Source of the DNA: Candidatus Zixiibacteriota bacterium
GTDB lineage: Bacteria; Zixibacteria; MSB-5A5; GN15; FEB-12
Direction of reading: 5' to 3'
DNA length: 64,000 nucleotides
NCBI GenBank assembly: GCA_034439475.1
Contig: JAWXAN010000034.1
Coordinates: 14,340 to 78,339, forward strand
The translations under genes and the position numbers were made by a program. The notes beneath the pieces are model-generated. The model had not been told where the DNA came from and did no database searches. It saw nothing but the letters and a program-made list of their open reading frames with translations. Positions within the stretch are counted from its first letter, which is position 1, and the number at the start of each line of letters is the position of its first letter. Positions 17,339 to 27,377 of this stretch are shown piece by piece.

Positions 17339-19201
17339 TTAGCGTATGACAGGCTCCGAGATATGAGAAATGACCTTTTTGAGCAACCCCGGAGCGCGCC
17401 AATCAGGAAGCTGTTTGCCGTTGATGAAGATAGTGGGCGACATTTGAATTCCCATGGCCTTGGACAACCCCAGACACATCTGGAGGTGATTTGCAACTTG
17501 GGGGGATTTCATGGCTGCGAGTAGCGAAGGGCTGCTCAGGCCGCATTCGGCAGCCGCCTCTTCAATCTGAGATAGTGTAAAGCTTTCGCGATGGCCCACA
17601 ACCCATTGGTGCATCTTCCAATAGGCGTCAGTCCCTCCCACACGTCCCGCCGCCGATGCGAGCCGTGCGGCATCGCAGGCATAAGGATTGATCTGGGCTT
17701 TCACCAACTCATTGCAGCTCGAATCAAGAGGGAAATCGCGGAAAACATAGCAAATGTTCGACCGCCCCTTCATGGCATCCTGAAGAATGGACTCGCTTGC
17801 GGCATTATACGGACACGTTAAATCGCCAAATACCATGACTGTATCTGACAGAGCGGGTGTACCACGCATATTGTCATTTTCCCAGAGGGAGAAAATCACC
17901 GCAGGCTTTTTAAGCCACTCGGCAAAAAGCCTGTCGATCGCATTTTCGGGATTATCGTTTGGACGCGGAGAGCTTTGAGCCATTTCCGCCGCTCTGTCTA
18001 TGGCGGCAGGCAGGGCTCCGGCTGACTGCCATCCTTGTACTTCGTAGCCGTTTACAAAGACCATGGGAGTGAATTTCAATCCCAGCGCCATCCCTTCTTC
18101 AATGTCAGCCGAAATGAGGCTGTCAATGGCCGGGCTGGCTTTTACTCTGAAAAATGCCGTAGTGTCAATCCCGAGAAGCACTAACTTCCCGACAAGTTCT
18201 GCTTCAGAATATTGTCCTACATGATCTACCAGCCAGTGATGAATTTCCCAAAAGGCTTTTTCACCGCCAAGTATGCCCACCGCCTCGGCTGTGCGCGAAA
18301 CATCGCACGCACCCGGATGGGGGCTCTCGGTAAGAAGATATTTATTACACTCGGTATCAAATGGCCATTGCTTGACAGAAAGGGAAAAATCGGTGCGCTC
18401 CGACATCATTTTTCTTATTTCCAACTCGATGTCAAAGCAAAGCTGACATTGATAATCTTGAAAAACAACAAGTCTGACTGGTTTGTCCTCACCCGCGCTC
18501 CAATAACGCCCCCCAAAACGAGGTGGCGATTGTGCGGTCTGCTTCACGGGAGATGGCATCCCCGCAGACTCTGGCGGTGCAGAATCGATCGGCTGTTTCG
18601 GGGCGCCGATTTTAGCAATTGACTCAACAGCTTTCCGCTGGGCTTCATTCTGCGCCATGTTAGCTTCTCGTCCCTGCATAAGCTTCGTGGCGGTAAGGAC
18701 TAAAATAAATACTGCTACCGCTGGCGCAAGAGTCCGTAAAGTCGACGAAGCCAACCTTTTCTCTTTTCTTACGCGGAATTCAAGAACAGACCACCAGAGC
18801 ATATTGGCGAAGTGCGCAATTCCGCACCAAATGCAAAAATGTCCTTCAATGAGCATTACCATTAAGAAAAAGACTGAGGCGAGGACACCGACACGCCCGA
18901 TTACGGACATAGCGGAAAAGACACCTGTCCGGTTGGAACCAAGCCAGAGAATCAGCAATCCGCTAAAGTATGCAAGTCCGAGAAATGCGACCGGCAGACC
19001 GGCGATTTTGCTCCATTGGCTTTTCAGTATCCAATCACAACCCGCGCCTTCGCCGCAACCAACTAAATGCACAGCCCAGATATACTTTGTCGCAAGCAAT
19101 GCCGATGCAATGATAGCGATTGCAAGAAGTAGCGAACCGATGATAAAAAGAATCGAAGATCGATTGGACATTGGCTTGGATTTGGTTCGCTTCGAAGTCA
19201 T
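17339..19201 (-). CDS. VKOR-family membrane oxidoreductase fused to two DsbA-like thioredoxin-fold domains
   Basis: The N-terminal multi-TM region has the loop Cys pair 'CGEGAGC' and the membrane 'CIWC' motif, which are VKOR hallmarks. Thioredoxin-like domain 1 has 'FQDYQCQLC' (CxxC). Domain 2 has 'FGDLTCPYN', where the second Cys is replaced by Asn. Confidence 0.8.
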   Translation of the reverse strand: MTSKRTKSKPMSNRSSILFIIGSLLLAIAIIASALLATKYIWAVHLVGCGEGAGCDWILKSQWSKIAGLPVAFLGLAYFSGLLILWLGSNRTGVFSAMSVIGRVGVLASVFFLMVMLIEGHFCIWCGIAHFANMLWWSVLEFRVRKEKRLASSTLRTLAPAVAVFILVLTATKLMQGREANMAQNEAQRKAVESIAKIGAPKQPIDSAPPESAGMPSPVKQTAQSPPRFGGRYWSAGEDKPVRLVVFQDYQCQLCFDIELEIRKMMSERTDFSLSVKQWPFDTECNKYLLTESPHPGACDVSRTAEAVGILGGEKAFWEIHHWLVDHVGQYSEAELVGKLVLLGIDTTAFFRVKASPAIDSLISADIEEGMALGLKFTPMVFVNGYEVQGWQSAGALPAAIDRAAEMAQSSPRPNDNPENAIDRLFAEWLKKPAVIFSLWENDNMRGTPALSDTVMVFGDLTCPYNAASESILQDAMKGRSNICYVFRDFPLDSSCNELVKAQINPYACDAARLASAAGRVGGTDAYWKMHQWVVGHRESFTLSQIEEAAAECGLSSPSLLAAMKSPQVANHLQMCLGLSKAMGIQMSPTIFINGKQLPDWRAPGLLKKVISHISEPVIR

Positions 19202-19275
19202 TAATCAATAAATTACGAACTGATTGCGGAAGTCACAAGAACAATCTAATTTCCTCGGGAATTTGCGCGCCGCAA

Positions 19276-21267
19276 TTATAATTGCGGGCTTTGATCCGGT
19301 GGGTGAAGTTTACGATGAGAAAATAAATAATAGGCTCCTTGAAAATAAGCGACGGCATCAAGCACAAATGAAGAGTCTTCGGAAATCGGGAGCGGTGAAA
19401 AATCTCCGCTTGCGGAGTCATGTTTCCACAATTCTGTCCTTTGTTTTAGACCAAGAACAGCAAGCTTACCTTTCGAATAAAGAGCAATGTCTCGGTTATG
19501 ATTCATCAGAGCGCGCTCAGCAGATTTTGGGGCGGAAAGGAGATCATGGCCGAAAAATTGACTCATATATTGGAATTGTAGGAGCGCCATTATTGTAGGA
19601 GCCACATCCATCTGTGAACCAAGGGTATTATTTCGTTGACCAGCCTTGATGATCTTTGGCGCGTAAAAAAGCAGGGGTATCTCGTAGGAATCCATCGGTA
19701 TTTCTTGGGAGCCATAGATACGCGCGCCATGATCTGCTACGACAATAAATATTGTACTGTCAAAAAATTGGTGAGATTCAGCATCATGCAGAAATTTGGA
19801 AAGTGAATAGTCGGCATACCTCACAGCGTTCTCCCGAGTATGCTCTTTTGGATTGGTGGGAATTCGGCCGTCTGGAAATGTATAGGGGGAATGATTTGAG
19901 ACTGTCAATAATAACGAAAAGAAAGGCTTGTTCTCCCTGTGAAGGCTGTCAAGGATAATCAGTGAATTGTCAAAAAGGTCTTCATCGCACACTCCCCAAA
20001 TGGTAGTAAAAGTCTTTTTGGTGAAGTTGGTTCGGTCTAAAACCTGCTCGAATCCGTTCGACGAAGTAAAATCTCCCATATTATCAAAATAGGCCAGGCC
20101 TCCATATATAAACGCAGTGGAGTAACCAAATGACTTCAACAGAGCAGAAATTGTGAAAACATTACGCCCGCCCGGCCTTCGCACGATCGATTCGCCCGGA
20201 AGCGGCGGAAAGCTTGCGAGGATAGCTTCGATGCCTCTCACGGTACGATTGCCGGTTGCATAGATATGAGTAAAAAGAAGGCCGTTATCGGCAAGTTTCT
20301 CAAACTCAGTGGCAACTCCGGGGCCTGTGGAATCGAGCGATTTAATAAATTTGGAACCAAAGCTCTCCTCCAAAATAATAACCACATTTAAGGGACGCGG
20401 CGGCTTGCCGGTTACAATTAGTCTGTCAATCGATAATTGATCAGCAGAATCAATGAATCTGCTTCCATCAGCCGACAGGATTCTTCTTAGTCTGGAAAAT
20501 GCCTCGGTTGAATCGGGTAGCCGGGCGTAAAACTGATCATAATCGAGCTCCTTGGTTCTCGCTGCTGACCCGAACGAATACAGGCCGTTTAATGCGAGTT
20601 CATTTATTACCCGATTGTCGCTTATGCGGGCGTATCGAATGTCCCATCCGAAGCATACAATTGTAAGGAGTAGGAAATGCGCCCCGAAAAAAAGAAACCG
20701 CACCCGCATCGAAGTATTAAGAATGAGCAGACTAAGGAATCTTTTGCGTAACATCACAAATGCCGAGCCGGCAATGAGAAAGGTAGCGGCTAAGATTTTT
20801 GCAAGGGGCAAAGTTTCCCACATGTTAACAAATATTTCATGGGGATAGATAAGATAGTCGACCGCCACTGTGTTGAAACGCGCGCTGAACTCATCAAAGA
20901 AAAAGTATTCTGCTGCGCCGAGGTAGAGTAGGCTAAAAATGAAGACAAAGAGCAGTAATTGGCAAGTCCAAAGGACAGCTCTTCTGCTAAACCAACGGTC
21001 TGGCGCCGCAAGTAGGAAAAAGCTAAAAGGAAGTAGCAACCAAAGTCCAGCGATTAAATCAAAGCAAAAGCCAATCCCCAGAGCCGGAAACAATAAAAGC
21101 CAAGAATCACTCAATTGCGAAAAGTTCGCAATAACGAGAATAACTCTTGCAGCAGTCGAAGTAATCAAAAAGCAGGCAAGGAGAAGCTGCATCGCCCGGT
21201 AGCGATTACTGAATAGCTTAACAAAAATAGATTGATAAGCGGAGGCTTCAAAAGTTTCGTCAGTCAT
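19276..21267 (-). CDS. LTA synthase/phosphoglycerol-transferase family protein (membrane sulfatase-like)
   Basis: It has an N-terminal region of about 5 TM helices and an extracytoplasmic alkaline-phosphatase-superfamily domain ('NVVIILEESFG', 'TVRGIEA', 'LLTVSNHSPY', 'IFIVVADHG'). Confidence 0.8.
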   Translation of the reverse strand: MTDETFEASAYQSIFVKLFSNRYRAMQLLLACFLITSTAARVILVIANFSQLSDSWLLLFPALGIGFCFDLIAGLWLLLPFSFFLLAAPDRWFSRRAVLWTCQLLLFVFIFSLLYLGAAEYFFFDEFSARFNTVAVDYLIYPHEIFVNMWETLPLAKILAATFLIAGSAFVMLRKRFLSLLILNTSMRVRFLFFGAHFLLLTIVCFGWDIRYARISDNRVINELALNGLYSFGSAARTKELDYDQFYARLPDSTEAFSRLRRILSADGSRFIDSADQLSIDRLIVTGKPPRPLNVVIILEESFGSKFIKSLDSTGPGVATEFEKLADNGLLFTHIYATGNRTVRGIEAILASFPPLPGESIVRRPGGRNVFTISALLKSFGYSTAFIYGGLAYFDNMGDFTSSNGFEQVLDRTNFTKKTFTTIWGVCDEDLFDNSLIILDSLHRENKPFFSLLLTVSNHSPYTFPDGRIPTNPKEHTRENAVRYADYSLSKFLHDAESHQFFDSTIFIVVADHGARIYGSQEIPMDSYEIPLLFYAPKIIKAGQRNNTLGSQMDVAPTIMALLQFQYMSQFFGHDLLSAPKSAERALMNHNRDIALYSKGKLAVLGLKQRTELWKHDSASGDFSPLPISEDSSFVLDAVAYFQGAYYLFSHRKLHPPDQSPQL

Positions 21268-21334
21268 AAATACACATCAGTATACCATTTAAGCGGCAAT
21301 ACAACAATACATAAGAAATAAAAATTCGCTACTT

Positions 21335-22543
21335 TTAGACGATGAAGAATGTCATATCACCATTTCTCATCGCGTCGAGGATCTCTTGCATATGCCCACT
21401 CGATCTTGCCTGCAGGTCTAACATGCAGACCATTCTTTCGAGAGGCATACCAACCTTATTGCGCCTGAGATCAATACTGATGATTATTCCCTGTGCGTCA
21501 GCGAGGATTTTTGTTAATCCCGCCAGTGACGACATATTATCAGCCAGTTGAACTTCAATTGTAGTCAATCTCCCAGACAGACGCATAGCGTGTGCCATAA
21601 GCTTTTGCATCACCGAGAAATCCACATTTGCCCCTGTGAGAACAACCATTGTCTTTTTTCGCGCAAATCGTTCCGCACTGGCAAGCAGCGCCGCCACGCC
21701 CGTCGCTCCGGCAGGTTCGATAATCAGCTTGGGCTTTTCTTCGAGTAAAAGTAGAGCCTCGCATATTTGGTCATCGGAAACCTCTAAAACATCGTCAACA
21801 TACTTTGATATTATATCAAATGTCCGTTCCCCTATTTGCTGGACACGGATGCCATCGGCAATTGTATTTACGTTATCAAGCCGGATTCGTGACTGTTCCC
21901 TGAATGACCTCGCCGCTGAGGCTGCGCCTGAGGCGTTCACTCCTATAATAGATATCTTCCGATTAACCGCTTTTATCGCAACGCAAATTCCTGAGATAAG
22001 CCCGCCACCGCCTACGGGAACAATAATTGTTTCTACATCAGAATGGTGTCTGAGAATATGCAGCCCGACTGTACCCTGACCGGCAATAACATCGTCATTG
22101 TCGAAAGGATGGATATAGGTCGCGCCAGTTTTCCGCTGAAGTTGGGCGGCATGCTCCGCGGCTTCGTCATAATTCTCCCCGTAAAGGAGAATGGCTGGAC
22201 TGTTATACGATCGGGTTTGGTCGACTTTGACCAGCGGTGTTGTTAAGGGCATAACAATAGTAGCCTTACAGCCAATCCATTTTGCAGCCAACGCCACTCC
22301 TTGAGCGTGGTTGCCAGCTGAAGCAGTAATCACGCCGCGCCCTAACTCTGTGGGCGACAGTTTCCTCATGGCATTCCAAGCCCCGCGGATTTTGTACGAG
22401 CCGGTTCTTTGGGCGGCTTCGTTTAGCAGCCACACATCCGCGCCTGTTACTTGGCTGAAGTAACGCGAATCGAGAAAAGGAGTTTTGCGAATACCTGAAT
22501 GAAGATGCATCTCGGCATCGAGAATATCTGCTTGTTCGATCAC
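21335..22543 (-). CDS. ilvA: threonine ammonia-lyase (PLP-dependent, single C-terminal ACT-like domain)
   Basis: Contains 'QRTGSYKIRGAWN' (PLP lysine), 'SAGNHAQGVA' and 'VPVGGGGLISG', plus a regulatory C-terminus of about 80 aa. Confidence 0.85.
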   Translation of the reverse strand: MIEQADILDAEMHLHSGIRKTPFLDSRYFSQVTGADVWLLNEAAQRTGSYKIRGAWNAMRKLSPTELGRGVITASAGNHAQGVALAAKWIGCKATIVMPLTTPLVKVDQTRSYNSPAILLYGENYDEAAEHAAQLQRKTGATYIHPFDNDDVIAGQGTVGLHILRHHSDVETIIVPVGGGGLISGICVAIKAVNRKISIIGVNASGAASAARSFREQSRIRLDNVNTIADGIRVQQIGERTFDIISKYVDDVLEVSDDQICEALLLLEEKPKLIIEPAGATGVAALLASAERFARKKTMVVLTGANVDFSVMQKLMAHAMRLSGRLTTIEVQLADNMSSLAGLTKILADAQGIIISIDLRRNKVGMPLERMVCMLDLQARSSGHMQEILDAMRNGDMTFFIV

Positions 22544-22887
22544 CAGCGTTCCTTCTCTATGTTTAATGTGTCAAAAACCTCAAATATATAATTAGTTCGT
22601 TTCCCTTGATTCGTTAACATATAATACACACCAGTTCTCGGCTGGAATGCTAATAATATATCCTCTCAAATAATTAATCACTTTTGGCGCTCAGAGGTGC
22701 TAATACTCTTTTCAGCATTTTGGGTGAGCCTCAACTTTATGGTCTAAATGCTATAAGAAAGATGAGCAGCTATCTTTTTCTTGGAGATAGCAGTGCCGTG
22801 TCAGTCACACGAAAAAGTTACATATTCGTTTTGGCATGGCATGCGGAAAACTCGACAACCGTCATTAATACTTTGAAAGGAAAAAGT

Positions 22888-23571
22888 ATGACAAAAAACA
22901 AATTCAACCCACAATTGATAGTTGCCCTTTGCCTAGGCATTCTCGTCACCGCGGCTATAACCTATTCAATGGGGAAAAATGATGACGCCCCAGACGATGA
23001 TAACACCATGTCTGATAACGGCGCAATGAAGTCTGAACTGAGAGCTGAGCGTGTTATTACCGACTGGCCTGAAGCATCTCGCAATGCAGCAACCGAAATG
23101 ATTCAGAAGTATGGACAGCCTCAGGTTGTTGGCGCGAACTGTTTGATTTGGGAAGATAAAGGCCCCTGGGTCGGAATCAAGGTGGACAAAGAAGAAATTT
23201 CTCACCGGTTCCCTTTCCCACACACCGATATGCTTGCTCAAGAAGTAGCGTACAAAGTACCGACTGAAATGTACGACGACTTGGCAGAATTCGACGGCAG
23301 TCTTATTGTTGAAAGAACCAAAGGAACAATGACAGCCCGGTGCGACAAGGAAGAGAATAACTTTCTGGCCCTTAACTTGGCTCACGACATCATCACCGGA
23401 AATATGTCGGTTGATGAAGCCCGTCAAGCCTATACCGAAAAAGCGAACGCAGCAAAGTCTGGACAAAAAGATGAATACATGCAAAAGCTCCGCTTTAGAG
23501 AGTTCACTTTGAGCCAGACTGTCGACCCGGACGCACCGGTAACCCAGTCCTCTATGGATCAGGAACAGTAG
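22888..23571 (+). CDS. hypothetical membrane-anchored protein
   Basis: The ATG at 22888 follows an AAAGGA RBS. An N-terminal TM helix ('LIVALCLGILVTAAITY') is present. I recognised no family. The track start at 22684 is an over-extension. Confidence 0.55.
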   Translation: MTKNKFNPQLIVALCLGILVTAAITYSMGKNDDAPDDDNTMSDNGAMKSELRAERVITDWPEASRNAATEMIQKYGQPQVVGANCLIWEDKGPWVGIKVDKEEISHRFPFPHTDMLAQEVAYKVPTEMYDDLAEFDGSLIVERTKGTMTARCDKEENNFLALNLAHDIITGNMSVDEARQAYTEKANAAKSGQKDEYMQKLRFREFTLSQTVDPDAPVTQSSMDQEQ

Positions 23572-23582
23572 AGAAGCAGTAT

Positions 23583-23613
23583 CCCTTGGGTTAGGGAAAA
23601 ACTAACCCAGGGG
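23583..23613 (+). terminator. putative rho-independent terminator
   Basis: A 12-bp stem CCCTTGGGTTAG / CTAACCCAGGGG with one G.U pair and a 7-nt loop, followed by T-rich sequence. It lies 12 nt after the stop. Confidence 0.45.
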
Positions 23614-23761
23614 ACTACTCCTATTTTGGTCACTTTGGCCGATTTCGCTGAGAGGGGATGTAAGGTAGATTTATCATGAAAGATTGATGGTCGATTGTTC
23701 TAATCAATACCAGGAGTAGAATAATCGAAGCGTGATAATCGAGCGTGAAAGGGGAAACAAT

Positions 23762-23908
23762 ATGTTTTGGGATTTAAAATCACAACCTGAAGAGCGCATA
23801 GTGACATCGCAAGGGCGGCTGCTCAAAGCCTATAAATGCGAACCGTCGACAAAACGGACCCATGTCGAATATAATCCCCATCCGAGGGGCTCGGGAGTTA
23901 CGCTCTAA
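23762..23908 (+). CDS. possible small protein (48 aa), below ORF-track cutoff
   Basis: The ATG is preceded by AAAGGGGA. The translation is 'MFWDLKSQPEERIVTSQGRLLKAYKCEPSTKRTHVEYNPHPRGSGVTL'. I recognised no homology. Confidence 0.25.
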   Translation: MFWDLKSQPEERIVTSQGRLLKAYKCEPSTKRTHVEYNPHPRGSGVTL

Positions 23909-23952
23909 TGCGGCTTCGGCGTTAAACAATAACTGAAAGTGAGATGGAGAAT

Positions 23953-24204
23953 ATGTCGATTATTACAACAATTGTCATTGGCTTGGTAGCCAAGCTCCTT
24001 ATGCCTGGTAAAGACCCTGGTGGCTTTATCATGACCACACTGCTTGGTGTCGCTGGCGCGGTAATGGCAACATTTTTCGGCCAAATACTCGGTTTATATC
24101 CTGATGATCAATCAGCTGGCTTTATCGGCGCGGTTCTTCTTTTGTTGCTGTATCGTGCCATCGTTGGCAAGAAACATACAGTTTACACTGTGCGCAAAAG
24201 TTAA
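23953..24204 (+). CDS. GlsB/YeaQ/YmgE family stress-response membrane protein
   Basis: 'MSIITTIVIGLVAKLLMPGKDPGGFIMTTLLGVAGAVMATFFG' is the typical transglycosylase-associated/YeaQ family sequence. Confidence 0.85.
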   Translation: MSIITTIVIGLVAKLLMPGKDPGGFIMTTLLGVAGAVMATFFGQILGLYPDDQSAGFIGAVLLLLLYRAIVGKKHTVYTVRKS

Positions 24205-24315
24205 ATAAATCCAGATTTTTTATCAGGGCTTCTCGCCCGTTTATACATATGACCCAGCACAACCCTAATACGTGGATTGTGCTGTATATCAAAACAATTG
24301 AAAGGAATTGAAATT

Positions 24316-24843
24316 ATGTCTAAGCTTGAAACATTGCATGATCTTCTTGTTGATCAAACAAGAGACATATTCTACGCGGAAAAACTGTTGACCAAGGCAC
24401 TCCCCAAGATGATGAAGAAGACAGAGTCCAAAGAACTTCGACAAGCTTTGGAAAACCATCTTACAGAGACTGAAAATCAGGTTATCCGGCTGGAGAGCGT
24501 TTTTAAAGAATTGGGCATATCCGCCCAAGGGAAAAGATGTCCGGCAATGGAAGGATTGGTTGAAGAAGCAACCGAAATTATGAATATGGACGGCACTCCG
24601 GAAGTAATTGATGCCGGTATTATTTGCGCAGCTCAAAAAGTCGAACATTATGAGATTGCCACCTACGGTTCGCTTCGCACGTTCGCAGAAACTCTGGGCC
24701 TCACCAAGGTCGTTACCCTTTTTGATGAAACCCTCAGAGAGGAACATGCGGCCGACGAAAAGCTCTCATCCATTGCCGAAAGCTATATAAATCCTGAAGC
24801 CAAAGGGGCATGTGAGAGTGTAAAGCGACCGACTTCACGCTAA
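24316..24843 (+). CDS. ferritin-like DUF892 (YciE/YciF) family protein
   Basis: 'LHDLLVDQTRDIFYAEKLLTKALPKMMKKTESKELRQALENHLTETENQ' matches the DUF892 family pattern. The ATG at 24316 follows an AAAGGAA RBS. Confidence 0.85.
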   Translation: MSKLETLHDLLVDQTRDIFYAEKLLTKALPKMMKKTESKELRQALENHLTETENQVIRLESVFKELGISAQGKRCPAMEGLVEEATEIMNMDGTPEVIDAGIICAAQKVEHYEIATYGSLRTFAETLGLTKVVTLFDETLREEHAADEKLSSIAESYINPEAKGACESVKRPTSR

Positions 24844-24922
24844 ACTCGCGGCTCGATACTTGTATGGGCAGTTTATCCCATGCTTTAACCTTTAGGTTGG
24901 TTTACGATTTACATTAGTTGAA

Positions 24923-24963
24923 TATTTCGGTTCTGCTGCATAACCATGAACAGGACCGAAATA
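24923..24963 (+). terminator. putative terminator hairpin
   Basis: A 13-bp stem TATTTCGGTTCTG / CAGGACCGAAATA with one G.U pair and a 15-nt loop, followed by CTCTTTGTTG. Confidence 0.4.
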
Positions 24964-25208
24964 CTCTTTGTTGCTCAAGTTATCTGTTTCATGAGCGACT
25001 ACCGGAATTAGCGCAAGGGTGACCAGAGACCAGTAGTCGAGCATCTAAAATGGACCTATTTAACAAGCCCAGGGATGAGCCATTTTTATCCTTAGATGTA
25101 TTCTCTTCTGCAAATCGGTACATAACTGCCTGTCTGCTGTAAAAATAAGGAGGGAAAGAGGCTAGGATACAATCGTTTCGTAACTCTTAAGACAAGGAGA
25201 CAGCTGCA

Positions 25209-27329
25209 ATGTGGAGAAGAGAATGCAAGTCACTCTATGGAGCGTACACTGCGATTCTATTGGTTTCCGTCGCAGTCTCCTGTACGACGACAGGTTGCCG
25301 CGATATCAATCTCAATGATCCGCCACCTAACCCGGGAGTAGTTACTGGCCCCGCCTTCTCGGCAAATCCCACAACCGGGAATATACCTCTTAATGTCACC
25401 TTTACAAACCAAACTCAGGGGGATATTATTTCACGCTCGTGGTCGTTTGGCGACGGCGCGACATCAATTGAGAATAATCCGTCACATGTGTACGCACGAG
25501 AGGGAAGCTACAGTGTGACGCTGGTCTGTCGTGACTCGGCTGGAACAGACACCCTCACAAAGACAAATTTCATCACAGCGACAACTGGTCCCGCGCCTCT
25601 CAATGCTGAATTTACGGCATCGCCAACATCGGGAAACAGTCCCCTCGCGGTTCAATTTGCAAATCAATCCACAGGCAGTATAACATCGTATCAATGGTCT
25701 TTCGGCGACGGCGGGACATCTGATGCTCAAACACCAAGTCACACATATTCGAGCAACGGGCGCTTCACAGTTCGATTGATTGTTGTGGGAGCGACGGGAG
25801 CAGATACATCTATCAGAACAGACTATATCTCTGCTACAACCAATGTCCCTGTGGCAAATTTTTCGGCCACGCCTACCTCCGGACCCAAGCCACTCAAGGT
25901 ACAGTTCACGAGCACGTCATCAGGGACGATTTCAACGTATCGCTGGAGCTTTGGCAACGGGGCGACCTCGTCAAGCAAGAACCCGTCATATACGTACAAT
26001 CAAAAAGGGAAATATACAGTAAAGCTGAAAGTCACCGGGCCCGGTGGGTCGGACGAACTGGTACGCACCAACTTTATCGAAGTAAAAAATGTCCGGCCCA
26101 CGTCTGAATTCCTCGGGAGCCCGCTTTCCGGCGCACCCCCTTTGACTGTTCAATTCACAAACAGCTCAACTGGCGATATCAGCGCGAATGTCTGGTCTTT
26201 TGGAGATGGGGGGGTATCGACATCAACAAACCCCAGCCACCAGTACACGTCGGCTGGGGTTTACGATGTCTCGTTACTGGTACTGGGCCCCGATGGTTCA
26301 GACACGACAACCAAGAGCGGGTATATTGCCGTCGCCTCACCGGCGCCTCGAGCGGCTTTCAGCGCAGGTCCCAGGTCAGGTAATAGTCCGTTAAGTGTTA
26401 GTTTTAGTGACCAGTCAACAGGATCAATTTCATCTCGAGAATGGAGTTTTGGAGACGGGGTTACCTCGACTCAAAGAAATCCGTCTCACCAATATACATC
26501 GAATGGTTCCTATAATGTTTCCCTCAGTGTGCTGGGGTCGGGCGGATCCGACACAGAAGTTAAGAACAATTATATTACTGTTAGTTGTGCGTCCCCCATT
26601 GCCAATTTTACAGGAAATCCACGTTCAGGCATGCCAGGCTTAACAGTCAGTTTTACAAATACATCCACAGGACTTTATGACACATTCTCCTGGGAATTCG
26701 GTGATGGCGGAACTTCAACCGGGGCCAATCCGAGTTATACCTATACTGCAGAAGGCACATACACCGTCAAACTCACAGTAAACGGCTCATGCGGTTCGGA
26801 TACTAAGACGGAGTCTGGATACATAACGATCACAGCTCCTGTACCACAATGTCAGAACATCGGGCACACAGTTGGAGTGCACGGTCCATTTTGGCCAGTA
26901 TTGGTGCAAGGTGACTGCAGTCTTGCAGTAGGCAATGATGGTAGTCCAATCACCGGAGGAGGGAGTGGCCCCGAGGTCAAGATATTGATTGAGCTGGTTC
27001 TCAGGAATTCCGGTAAAGAGCTCTGGGCGGTAATTTCTATGGAAATTCAGGAGGATAGCGAAGATAATTCAAAGGCACAAACCTCACAGGAATTATACCT
27101 CGGCTTTACTGCTCCATCAGGATGGAAGATTGACCGAATTGAAGGTTCTCAAACGGAAGAGTGGAAATATAATGATGAAGATAATGACTATGACAGCAAG
27201 AGCTTTGATCTTTGCGTAATCAGGGCCATGGGACAGACCGAAGGCGACGATATTTGTGGTACTACGCGTGATGATTCGCATTTTATCGTTGAATTCAATC
27301 CCATTACTTTAAAGATTTGTGAAGAGTAA
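25209..27329 (+). CDS. lipoprotein with six tandem PKD domains and an unassigned ~163-aa C-terminal domain
   Basis: An AAGGAGA RBS is present and the signal peptide has a lipobox-like 'AVSC'. There are six repeats of 'P..G..PL.V.F...S.G.I....W.FGDG.TS...NPSH.Y' with a period of about 83 aa. Confidence 0.9.
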   Translation: MWRRECKSLYGAYTAILLVSVAVSCTTTGCRDINLNDPPPNPGVVTGPAFSANPTTGNIPLNVTFTNQTQGDIISRSWSFGDGATSIENNPSHVYAREGSYSVTLVCRDSAGTDTLTKTNFITATTGPAPLNAEFTASPTSGNSPLAVQFANQSTGSITSYQWSFGDGGTSDAQTPSHTYSSNGRFTVRLIVVGATGADTSIRTDYISATTNVPVANFSATPTSGPKPLKVQFTSTSSGTISTYRWSFGNGATSSSKNPSYTYNQKGKYTVKLKVTGPGGSDELVRTNFIEVKNVRPTSEFLGSPLSGAPPLTVQFTNSSTGDISANVWSFGDGGVSTSTNPSHQYTSAGVYDVSLLVLGPDGSDTTTKSGYIAVASPAPRAAFSAGPRSGNSPLSVSFSDQSTGSISSREWSFGDGVTSTQRNPSHQYTSNGSYNVSLSVLGSGGSDTEVKNNYITVSCASPIANFTGNPRSGMPGLTVSFTNTSTGLYDTFSWEFGDGGTSTGANPSYTYTAEGTYTVKLTVNGSCGSDTKTESGYITITAPVPQCQNIGHTVGVHGPFWPVLVQGDCSLAVGNDGSPITGGGSGPEVKILIELVLRNSGKELWAVISMEIQEDSEDNSKAQTSQELYLGFTAPSGWKIDRIEGSQTEEWKYNDEDNDYDSKSFDLCVIRAMGQTEGDDICGTTRDDSHFIVEFNPITLKICEE
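25350..26837 (+). repeat. intragenic tandem repeats (6 x ~249 bp) encoding PKD domains
   Basis: The repeat starts fall at aa 48, 130, 215, 298, 381 and 464 of the protein, by my count. Confidence 0.8.
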
Positions 27330-27377
27330 TTCGCTTTCCTTTGCGTGATTGACAATGACAGGAGGGGGGAACGGACT

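Noticed and set aside
19224-19598. 124-aa plus-strand ORF and other antisense ORFs inside the LTA-synthase-like gene
   Set aside because: They are fully antisense to a well-supported 663-aa gene and have no motifs or RBS.
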